64,000 nt of DNA, taken from positions 25,184 through 89,183 of the forward strand of contig JAURXY010000034.1 of NCBI GenBank assembly GCA_030654225.1, read 5' to 3'. Both the position numbers and the translations under genes were made by a program. The stretch is from a bacterium. Its GTDB lineage: Bacteria; Patescibacteriota; Minisyncoccia; Moranbacterales; UBA2206. The notes under the pieces are model-generated. The model did no database searches and was not told the origin of the DNA. It saw nothing but the letters and a program-made list of their open reading frames with translations. The first letter of the stretch is position 1. The number at the start of each line of letters is the position of its first letter. Shown here piece after piece: positions 18,776 to 26,795 of this stretch.

Positions 18776-18872
18776 TGTCATCTCCGCGTAGGCGGGGATC
18801 TAGTGTATAGATTAAGTTTATTGCGATAAAAATTATTTTTATGACTGGATTCCCGTTTTCACGGGAATGACA
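18776..18872. mobile_element. MITE-like element, family A, copy 2
   Basis: tgtcatctccgcgtaggcggggatc ... ggattcccgttttcacgggaatgaca. The two copies flank def. Confidence 0.75.
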
Positions 18873-18877
18873 ATGCT

Positions 18878-20902
18878 TTAAATAATTGAAATTGGATCTC
18901 GATCGATTATCCAACCTGATTTGAGTTTTCTAATTTCTTTTTCTAATTCAATTGGAATTTTATCTGGAAATTTAACAATCATTTGCTTTCGCCAGCGTCC
19001 TCTGATTTTTGAGAGCAGGGGAGTGTGCGGTTCAGATATTTTTATTCCTTTTGCTGATTTTAATATTTCAAAAACTGCCAGACTTTCTTTTTCAACTTTT
19101 TCAAAATTATAATCCTGAAAAACCAATTTGACAATTTTCCCATACGGCGGAAAATTCAAAGCTTTTCGTTCCTCAATTATCTTTTGAAAAAAACTTTGAA
19201 AATTATTTTCTCCGGCCAATTGAATAATTTTATTTTCCGGTTGATATGTTTGAATAACCACTTCTCCAGGAAAGCGCGCTCCAGGGCGATTCACTCTCCC
19301 GGCAAGCTGAGAGATTATTTGAAAGGCCTTTTCTTCAGCCGAAAAATCAGGAAATGACAAAAGATTATCTGCATCTATTATACCAACCAATGACACGCGA
19401 GGCAAATCCCAGCCCTTGGAAATCATCTGCGTTCCAATCAAAATATCCGCCTCACCTTTGGAAAAAGCATCATAAATTTTTTCATGAAAATTTTGTTCTT
19501 TTGAAGAGGCTGTGTCAGCCACAATTATTTTGGCCGAAGGAAACAAACTCAAAATTTCTTTTTCTACTTTTTGCGTTCCCAATCCAACGTTTTTGAAACT
19601 TATCCCGCCACATTTCTCGCATTTTGGAAAAATACTCGTCTTATAATTACAATGATTGCATTTATAGAATCCGCCTTTTTCATAAACAAGCGCCCGCTCA
19701 CACTCAGGACACTTGAGCACTGCTTTGCACGCTTCACAAATTGAAAAACTACTCATACCTTGGCGATTGATAAACAAGATTGATTGCTGTTTATTTTTTA
19801 GCGCATATTCAATTTCACCTTTTAATTTTCTTGATATGCAAGTATAGTTTCCTGCCTGCCGATGAGGCAGGTTGGTCCAGCGTTCTTTTTTCATGTCAAC
19901 GATGGTGGTGTTTGGTATTTTATATTTAGTGTCTAATATTTCAAGATGTGGCAATTCTAATAATTTCAAATCTTTGTTAATCGCACGATAATATGATTCG
20001 ATACTTGGCGTAGCTGAGCCACGAACGATTTTCGCTTTATGAATCTCAGCTAATTTTTCTGCCACCGTTCTAGCGTCGTAACGCGGATTCATATCCCACT
20101 GTTTGAAAGACATATCCTGTTCTTCATCAATCACAATAAGCCCGAGTTTTTTAAACGGCGCAAAAACCGCCATGCGAGTACCAATAACTATTTTTATTTT
20201 TCCTGATTGAATGCCTTGCCAAGTAGAAAAAATCTGTCCCTTGGAAATATTACTACTTAAAACCCCAATTTCTTCCGGCTTAAAATATGCACCATATCTT
20301 TCCATGGCCTGCGGAGTCAAAGTTTTTTCTGGGATAATAATCAGAAATTGAAAATTCTTATTTATTTTTCTTAATTCAATAATTGAATTTATATAAACCT
20401 CCGTCTTCCCCGATCCCGCCGGACCAAAAAGCAAGTAATTTGTAATTGGTAATTTGTAATTGGTAATTTTTTTGACAGCATCTTTTTGCTCTTTTGTTAA
20501 TACAATATTTCCTCCTCTCCCTTCGGGAGAGGATGTCCGAAGGACAGGAGAGGGAGCTTTGCGTGATTTCATACGCTTTGGGACAAAATTTTTCATCACT
20601 ACACCCAATGGAGAAATATAATAATCAGAAATAAATTTTGCCAATTCTATTTGGCTATCGGAGAGAAAATTTTCAACGATTATTTTTTCAACTTTTTTTA
20701 GTTCAATATTACCCAATCTTTCAAAATCCTGCCTCGTCCCCAAAACAATTCCTTCCACACTTCGATGAAAAAGGGGAATCGAGACCAAGGTTCCAGTTGA
20801 AATTTTGACATCTGACAAATAGGAAAAAGACTGATGGGAAGACATCGGAATTTTTGTTAGTGGAACAATGTCGATAATAAACTTCTGCTTTTTGTTTGCC
20901 AT
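18878..20902 (-). CDS. priA: Primosomal protein N' (PriA helicase) carrying two in-frame hairpin insertions
   Basis: 674 aa; Walker A 'GPAGSGKTEVY', DEEQ box and a Cys4 zinc finger (CEACKAVLKCPECE...CNHC). Palindromes at 19851-19871 and 20511-20556 lie in-frame. Confidence 0.9.
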   Translation of the reverse strand: MANKKQKFIIDIVPLTKIPMSSHQSFSYLSDVKISTGTLVSIPLFHRSVEGIVLGTRQDFERLGNIELKKVEKIIVENFLSDSQIELAKFISDYYISPLGVVMKNFVPKRMKSRKAPSPVLRTSSPEGRGGNIVLTKEQKDAVKKITNYKLPITNYLLFGPAGSGKTEVYINSIIELRKINKNFQFLIIIPEKTLTPQAMERYGAYFKPEEIGVLSSNISKGQIFSTWQGIQSGKIKIVIGTRMAVFAPFKKLGLIVIDEEQDMSFKQWDMNPRYDARTVAEKLAEIHKAKIVRGSATPSIESYYRAINKDLKLLELPHLEILDTKYKIPNTTIVDMKKERWTNLPHRQAGNYTCISRKLKGEIEYALKNKQQSILFINRQGMSSFSICEACKAVLKCPECERALVYEKGGFYKCNHCNYKTSIFPKCEKCGGISFKNVGLGTQKVEKEILSLFPSAKIIVADTASSKEQNFHEKIYDAFSKGEADILIGTQMISKGWDLPRVSLVGIIDADNLLSFPDFSAEEKAFQIISQLAGRVNRPGARFPGEVVIQTYQPENKIIQLAGENNFQSFFQKIIEERKALNFPPYGKIVKLVFQDYNFEKVEKESLAVFEILKSAKGIKISEPHTPLLSKIRGRWRKQMIVKFPDKIPIELEKEIRKLKSGWIIDRDPISII

Positions 20903-20957
20903 AATTTAATTGTATCACTTTATTGCTAAAACTTCTAAAAGAAGCTACACTTTATAT

Positions 20958-21500
20958 ATGAAAAATAAGATATTTATCAGTATTAATCTTCCCTCAAAAG
21001 TCAAAAAAAGGCTGGTTTTGGCAACTGAAAAATGGCAAGAACTGCCAGTAAAATGGGAAAAAGAAGCTGATTTACACATAACATTGGTCTATTTAGGCTT
21101 TACCGATGAAGAAGTTGTCCTAGAGATTTGTGAAAAAGTCAAAAAATCTTGCGAGGATGTAGATATTTTTGACATTAAACTCGACCAAATTGAACTTTTT
21201 CCCTCTGCCGAAGAACCAAAAGTAATTGCCCTCACAGGAGAACCAAGCGAAGAATTGAAAAACTTAGTTAATGCGATTGAAAAAGAATTGGGAATCTCCA
21301 CTTCACCCAAAAAATCTTTTCGTCCGCACATAACACTGGGACGAGTAAAGAAACATAAATGGGAAGATTTGGAAAATAAACCTGAAATTTTGGAGAAATT
21401 TCCTTTGACTGTTGATGCCAACAGCGTTGATGTTATGACTAGTCAATTTAGTTCCAAGGAAAGTCGCTATTCTATTCTTGATTCTTGCCCGCTACAATAA
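20958..21500 (+). CDS. thpR: RNA 2',3'-cyclic phosphodiesterase / 2'-5' RNA ligase (2H family)
   Basis: Two H-x-T-x motifs ('HITLVYLG' and 'HITLGRV'). Start chosen at the internal ATG 20958. Confidence 0.75.
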   Translation: MKNKIFISINLPSKVKKRLVLATEKWQELPVKWEKEADLHITLVYLGFTDEEVVLEICEKVKKSCEDVDIFDIKLDQIELFPSAEEPKVIALTGEPSEELKNLVNAIEKELGISTSPKKSFRPHITLGRVKKHKWEDLENKPEILEKFPLTVDANSVDVMTSQFSSKESRYSILDSCPLQ

Positions 21501-21504
21501 AAAA

Positions 21505-22236
21505 ATGAATATTTTAGGAGTAAAAGTTGATAATCTCACTAAAAAAGAAATTCTGGAAAAAATCAGAACTTTTTTGACTGAACCAAAATTTCATCAGATC
21601 GCCACTATTAATCCGGAATTTATCTTGGAAACACAGAAAAATTTAGAGTTTAAAAATATTTTGAACACTTGCGATTTGAATGTAGCTGATGGAGTTGGGA
21701 TAAAATTGGCTTTTTGGCGATTTGGAAAAAATTTGAAAACTAGACTTGCTGGCGCAGATTTGATGCTGGAAATTTTGAAAATTGCCCAGACACAAAAATT
21801 TTCAATTTTTTTAGCTGTAAATAAGAATGGTTTGAGTAATTTTGAAGAAACAAAAAAAGCTATATTGAAAATTTATCCTAAATTAGAAATTAATGGGGGA
21901 AATATAGACACAAAAACAGAAGCTAAGCTTCTGTTTGACAGAAGCTTAGCTTCTGTTTTTGGACAGATACTTTTTTGCAACTTCGGCGCCCCGCATCAAG
22001 AACTCTTCATAAATTCACAAAAATGTGATACTATAAGACTAGCCATGGGAGTTGGCGGAAGTTTCGATTTTCTTACCAAAAAAGTCCGTCGCGCTCCGCA
22101 ATTTATGCAAATTATTGGCTTAGAATGGCTCTGGCGAATATTTCAACCGCAAGAATGGAAATTCAAAAAAGAAAGACTTCGAAAAATTTTTCAAGCGGTA
22201 ATAATTTTTCCAATTAAAATAATAATCAACAAATAA
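21505..22236 (+). CDS. WecB/TagA/CpsF-family glycosyltransferase (GT26) with an in-frame palindromic insertion
   Basis: 'MNILGVKVDNLTKKEILEKI' N-terminus is typical of TagA-like enzymes. The palindrome pair at 21917-21957 encodes 'TEAKLLFDRSLASV'. Confidence 0.75.
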   Translation: MNILGVKVDNLTKKEILEKIRTFLTEPKFHQIATINPEFILETQKNLEFKNILNTCDLNVADGVGIKLAFWRFGKNLKTRLAGADLMLEILKIAQTQKFSIFLAVNKNGLSNFEETKKAILKIYPKLEINGGNIDTKTEAKLLFDRSLASVFGQILFCNFGAPHQELFINSQKCDTIRLAMGVGGSFDFLTKKVRRAPQFMQIIGLEWLWRIFQPQEWKFKKERLRKIFQAVIIFPIKIIINK

Positions 22237-22245
22237 AATTAAAAT

Positions 22246-22314
22246 TGTCATACTGAACTTGTTTCAGTATCTAAAAAATTGCAAAGCAGATCCCGAAATA
22301 AATTCGGGATGACA
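22246..22314. repeat. Hairpin repeat element, family C
   Basis: tgtcatactgaacttgtttcagtatc ... gatcccgaaataaattcgggatgacaa. Confidence 0.65.
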
Positions 22315-22325
22315 AAACAATAACT

Positions 22326-22766
22326 ATGACAACAAAGACAACAAGATTAGTTCGATCAATTTATTTGTATCTAGCAGCGCTTATTAGTCTTATTTTTGTA
22401 GCAGTTGGAGCCGGAAGAATTATAAACACGACCCTAAAGGCATATGTTTTTCCGGAAGCGGAAAAAGGAGGGTATGGAATGTGCAGAAATGAGCCTCCGA
22501 TGTATGAGCTTACAGCTTCCAAATCCATAGAAAATGCAAAAGATAGTGAAATAACAACTCAAGAACAAAAAGATCAACTAGCATCTCTTTTGGTTGATTA
22601 TAAAAACTGGAAAGAAAATAATTCCGGAGATATTTGCTTCAAAAGAGAAAGACAAACAAATTATGTCGATTCATTCACAATGCTTCTTGTTGCCCTACCA
22701 TTATGTCTTCTGCATTGGAGAATAATCAAAAAAGATAAGGAGGAAAAAGAAACTGAAAACGCTTAA
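22326..22766 (+). CDS. Hypothetical membrane protein
   Basis: 146 aa; N-terminal TM and a second C-terminal TM; no family assigned. Confidence 0.45.
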   Translation: MTTKTTRLVRSIYLYLAALISLIFVAVGAGRIINTTLKAYVFPEAEKGGYGMCRNEPPMYELTASKSIENAKDSEITTQEQKDQLASLLVDYKNWKENNSGDICFKRERQTNYVDSFTMLLVALPLCLLHWRIIKKDKEEKETENA

Positions 22767-22776
22767 AGTTAAATTT

Positions 22777-23370
22777 ATGCCACAACAAATTCTTATTATT
22801 CGCGGAGGAGATGCTCATAAAACTAATGAGGATTATTTAGATTTTCTTCGTACAAGAAACTTTGAAAAAGAAGATTTAGTTGGCAGAAAAAAATGGGCTA
22901 GCATCTTACAAAAAGACCTGGGAAGCAATTATGAAGTATTGTTGCCAGGAATGCCTTGTAGTTGCAATGCCAAATATATAAATTGGAAAATTTGGTTTGA
23001 AAGATTTTTTCCTTTTCTTAGAGACAATATAATTTTAATTGGTAGTTCATTAGGTGCCACCTTTCTAGCTAAATACCTCTCTGAAAACACTTTGCCCGTA
23101 AAAATAAAAGTTGTTTTTATGTTAGCAGGACCGTATGATAGTGAATATTTAGGAGATTTTTCTCTACCAGAATCTTTGGAAAAATTTTCCACCCAATGTC
23201 CCAAAATTTTTCTCTATCACAGCAAAGATGATCCTATTGTGCCATTTACTGAGCTCGAAAAATATTCAAAAGCCCTGCCTAAAGCTGAGAAAGTTATTTT
23301 TAAAGATAAGGGACATTTTGCTCTAAAAGAATTTCCGGAATTTGTAGAAAAATTAAAAAGTATAAAATAA
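22777..23370 (+). CDS. Alpha/beta-hydrolase-fold serine hydrolase (YdeN/RBBP9-like)
   Basis: 197 aa; GxSxG elbow 'GSSLGA' and His near the C-terminus (KDKGHF). Confidence 0.55.
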   Translation: MPQQILIIRGGDAHKTNEDYLDFLRTRNFEKEDLVGRKKWASILQKDLGSNYEVLLPGMPCSCNAKYINWKIWFERFFPFLRDNIILIGSSLGATFLAKYLSENTLPVKIKVVFMLAGPYDSEYLGDFSLPESLEKFSTQCPKIFLYHSKDDPIVPFTELEKYSKALPKAEKVIFKDKGHFALKEFPEFVEKLKSIK

Positions 23371-23371
23371 T

Positions 23372-24940
23372 ATGAACAAAATCAGAACTAGATTTGCGCC
23401 GTCGCCGACGGGATACTTGCATATTGGGGGTCTTCGGACTGCACTGTATGATTATTTATTCGCCAAAAAAAATGGTGGTGATTTTTTGTTGAAAATTGAA
23501 GATACTGATCGAAAAAGATTTGTTGAAGGTGCGGTGGAAAAATTAATAATTTCATTAGATTTTCTAGGATTGGAAAGAAATGAAGGAGTAATGTTAAACA
23601 ATAATACCAATGGTCAGGAATCAAAAAATTATCCCAGAGTTTTTGAAGTAGGCGAATATGGACCTTATATTCAATCAGAAAAATTAGAAATTTACAAAAA
23701 ACATGTTGATGAATTAGTGAAAAATGGCCATGCCTATTATTGTTTTTGCGAACCAAAAAGACTTGAGGAAATGAGATCTGAACAAACCGCCCAAAAACAA
23801 CCCCCTATTTATGATAGATTTTGTTTGCAAAATGTTAGCGAAGAAGAAATAAATAAAAATCTAAAAAATAATTGTCCCTATACTATTCGAATTAAAGTTC
23901 CGCACGACGAAATAATTGAAGTGGATGACGAAATCAGAGGACGCGTTAAATTTAATACTAATTTAGTCACCGATCAAATACTTTTGAAATCTGACGGCTT
24001 TCCCACTTATCATTTAGCTAGCATCATAGATGACCATGATATGCAAATCACACATGTTATTCGTGGCGAAGAATGGCTTCCGAGCATTCCAATTCATATT
24101 TTATTATATCGCTATTTCAATTGGGAAGCTCCGAAATTTGCTCACTTACCACTTCTTCTTAATCTAGACAAATCCAAACTTTCTAAGCGTCAGGGGGATG
24201 TGGCGGTGGAAGATTACATTAAAAACGGATATTTAAAAGAAGCTCTTATTAATTTTGTAGCCTTTTTAGGTTGGAATCCTGGGAAAGGAGAAACGCAAGA
24301 AATTTTCACGCTTGAAGAATTAGTGGAGAAATTTGATCTGACTCATGTTCACAAGGCGGGCGCAGTTTTTGACATCAAAAAATTAGATTGGATAAATTCA
24401 CAGTGGATCAAGAAACTTTCCATCGAAGAGTTATATCAAAAATCTTTGCCATTTCTTGAGGAAAAAGAATTTTATAAAAATGCTAGTGCAGAAAAAAAAT
24501 CCGAAGACTATATCAAAAAAATCCTTTCCATTGAACAGGACCGTCTCACAAATTTGTCAGAAGTGGGGGAGAGCAATCAGTTCTTTTTTAGGGATACAAA
24601 TTTTGACAAAGAACTTTTACGCTGGAAAGATATGAATGACGAAGACTTGAAAAAATCACTAGAAAAATCTCTCCGCGTTTTGGAAAATATAACGGACGAA
24701 AATTGGACGCGCGAAAATTTGGAAAAAATTCTGATGGAAAAGGCGGATGAAAAGCCTGCCTCGCCGGCTCGCCTCGCTGGAGCTATGGCGAAGCGGGCAG
24801 GCGGGAGGGGAGAGCTCCTCTGGCCACTGCGCGCCACGCTTACGGGAGAGAAAAAATCACCTTCACCATTTGAATGTGCGTGGGTGCTTGGGAAAGAAGA
24901 AACATTATCGAGATTAAAAAATACAATAGGCAAAATATAA
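23372..24940 (+). CDS. gltX: Glutamyl-tRNA synthetase with a GC-rich, MITE-derived in-frame insertion
   Basis: 522 aa; 'RFAPSPTGYLHIGG' and 'KLSKR' motifs. The 24751-24850 segment shares about 30 nt with the MITE family A arm. Confidence 0.9.
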   Translation: MNKIRTRFAPSPTGYLHIGGLRTALYDYLFAKKNGGDFLLKIEDTDRKRFVEGAVEKLIISLDFLGLERNEGVMLNNNTNGQESKNYPRVFEVGEYGPYIQSEKLEIYKKHVDELVKNGHAYYCFCEPKRLEEMRSEQTAQKQPPIYDRFCLQNVSEEEINKNLKNNCPYTIRIKVPHDEIIEVDDEIRGRVKFNTNLVTDQILLKSDGFPTYHLASIIDDHDMQITHVIRGEEWLPSIPIHILLYRYFNWEAPKFAHLPLLLNLDKSKLSKRQGDVAVEDYIKNGYLKEALINFVAFLGWNPGKGETQEIFTLEELVEKFDLTHVHKAGAVFDIKKLDWINSQWIKKLSIEELYQKSLPFLEEKEFYKNASAEKKSEDYIKKILSIEQDRLTNLSEVGESNQFFFRDTNFDKELLRWKDMNDEDLKKSLEKSLRVLENITDENWTRENLEKILMEKADEKPASPARLAGAMAKRAGGRGELLWPLRATLTGEKKSPSPFECAWVLGKEETLSRLKNTIGKI

Positions 24941-24959
24941 AAGAAAGAAAATAAAACTC

Positions 24960-26192
24960 ATGTTAAACAAAAAAACAAAATTAATATTTTTTATTTTTAT
25001 CGCAATTTTTTCATTTTTAAATTTGGAAAAAGTTTTTGCTGTTGATTGCGACGATAAATGCAAAACTCTTTATCCAACCGACCAAACACTGCAAAAAAAA
25101 TGCTCTGATGATTGCGATACTATTGAAAAATATCAAAAACTCATTGACATCAAAGACAAACAGCTGGAAGTTGTCACCACTCAACTCAGCTATATAAACA
25201 AAGAACAAGCCCAAAATCAACAAACTCTCCTTGAAACAATCAAAAATCTAACTAGTATTTCTGAAAAAATAACCAAACTCGAAGAAAGTATTGAACAGAA
25301 AGAAAAAGATATAATTTATCAAAAAAAGATGCTTTCTGGGCTGATGCAATCTTATTATGATTATGATCAACAGGGGATATTAGAAATAATCCTTCTGGAT
25401 AACACCTTTATAAATCCTTTTGGACAAGTCGACTATATTAACCAATCCGGAGTTAAGGTTTCAGATTTATTAAGCTCTATTAAAAAAAATCAACAAGAAT
25501 TAATCGATGATCAAAAAGAACTTCAGGGGTCTTATGATCAAAGCAATAAATTAAAAGATGAACTGCAGAGTGAAAAAAACGAATTACAATTAAACGAAAA
25601 TCAAAAACAAAAAGTTCTAGTCGATACTCAAGCTGAAAAAGCAAAATATGAAAAACTTTTGTCCGACATTGAAGATGAAATATATAATCTAGAATCAAAT
25701 AAAGCGGTTGATTATAGCAATCTACCCCCAGCCAAAGGCGGATATTTCAACTATCCAGTTTCTTCAGTGAGAATCACTCAAGGATATGGGATGACTGCCT
25801 ATGCTAAGCGAGGGGCTTATGGTGGCAAACCTCACAACGGGGTTGATTTTGGACTTAGCACTGGCAATAATATTTTCACGGCTAAGGGCGGAAAAGTTGT
25901 TGGTGTTGGTAATAATGGAAAATATGCTTATGGCAAATGGGTTGCAGTTGACCATGGTGATGGGCTGCTCACGCTATACGGACACCTTAGTAGTCAACTT
26001 GTTTCAAAAGGTAGCACTCTCAAAATAGGGGACAAGATTGGAAAAAGTGGCAATACAGGAAATTCAACTGGACCACATCTTCACTTTTCTGTTTTCACTT
26101 CAAAAAGTTTTGAAACTGTTCAATCGAAATATGTTAAAGGACTTATGATTCCTATTGGTGCTTCAATCAACCCAACCAAATATCTAAAATAA
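24960..26192 (+). CDS. M23-family metallopeptidase with N-terminal signal and coiled-coil
   Basis: 410 aa; 'HNGVDFG' and 'GNSTGPHLHF' LytM/M23 motifs. Long Gln/Glu-rich coiled-coil, EnvC-like. Confidence 0.85.
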   Translation: MLNKKTKLIFFIFIAIFSFLNLEKVFAVDCDDKCKTLYPTDQTLQKKCSDDCDTIEKYQKLIDIKDKQLEVVTTQLSYINKEQAQNQQTLLETIKNLTSISEKITKLEESIEQKEKDIIYQKKMLSGLMQSYYDYDQQGILEIILLDNTFINPFGQVDYINQSGVKVSDLLSSIKKNQQELIDDQKELQGSYDQSNKLKDELQSEKNELQLNENQKQKVLVDTQAEKAKYEKLLSDIEDEIYNLESNKAVDYSNLPPAKGGYFNYPVSSVRITQGYGMTAYAKRGAYGGKPHNGVDFGLSTGNNIFTAKGGKVVGVGNNGKYAYGKWVAVDHGDGLLTLYGHLSSQLVSKGSTLKIGDKIGKSGNTGNSTGPHLHFSVFTSKSFETVQSKYVKGLMIPIGASINPTKYLK

Positions 26193-26194
26193 AA

Positions 26195-26232
26195 ACAACC
26201 CTCAAAATTGACTTGAGTGTTGTTTTTATTTA
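26195..26232 (+). terminator. Hairpin plus T-run after the M23 peptidase gene
   Basis: aaacaaccctcaaaattgacttgagtgttgtttttatttattt. Confidence 0.45.
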
Positions 26233-26362
26233 TTTCGGGACACATTGATATGTATACGGAACCTAACCAATTCAATAAGGCCTGAAGTAATATATAGTGT
26301 CGCATAACTGTTCTTGTGCGACCCTTAATATATTTCCTTTAGCACTCCCCTCTAACAAAAAA

Positions 26363-26390
26363 ACCGCATTAAGAGCGGTTTTAAAAATAT
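26363..26390. terminator. Hairpin with flanking A-run and T-run in the convergent M23/iscU gap
   Basis: aaaaaaccgcattaagagcggtttt. Confidence 0.5.
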
Positions 26391-26404
26391 AATTAAAATA
26401 TTCT

Positions 26405-26791
26405 TTATTTTTTATTCTTCTCCCTATAATCTTTTATCGCTTCTCTTAAACTGTCAGCTGCCAAATTTGAACAATGCATTTTTATCGGTGGCAAACCTTC
26501 TAGTGCTTCCGCCACATCATTCCTGGTAATCTTCAATGCCTCCTCTAGGGTCTTGTTTTTTGCCAAATCCGTGATCATAGATGAGGTCGCAATCGCGCTA
26601 GCGCATCCTAGCGTCTCAAATTTGATGTCATTTATCACTTCCCTCTTTTTGGAATCTTTTTTTACCTTGATATAAATTTTCATCATATCTCCACAAGTTG
26701 GATTGCCAACCATCCCAACTCCTGACGGATTTTTTATCACGCCTTGATTGTGTGGACGAGTGAAATGTTCCAGAACTTTTTTACTATACAT
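26405..26791 (-). CDS. iscU: Fe-S cluster scaffold protein IscU/NifU
   Basis: 128 aa; 'GNPTCGDMMKI', 'LGCASAIATSS' and 'HCSNLAADSL' conserved cysteines. Confidence 0.9.
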   Translation of the reverse strand: MYSKKVLEHFTRPHNQGVIKNPSGVGMVGNPTCGDMMKIYIKVKKDSKKREVINDIKFETLGCASAIATSSMITDLAKNKTLEEALKITRNDVAEALEGLPPIKMHCSNLAADSLREAIKDYREKNKK

Positions 26792-26795
26792 AATT

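Noticed and set aside
20436-20470. Short tandem repeat considered as a possible CRISPR fragment
   Set aside because: Only two 14-nt units with no spacers and inside priA. No CRISPR-like array, meaning at least three regularly spaced repeats of 24-48 nt, exists anywhere in the window.
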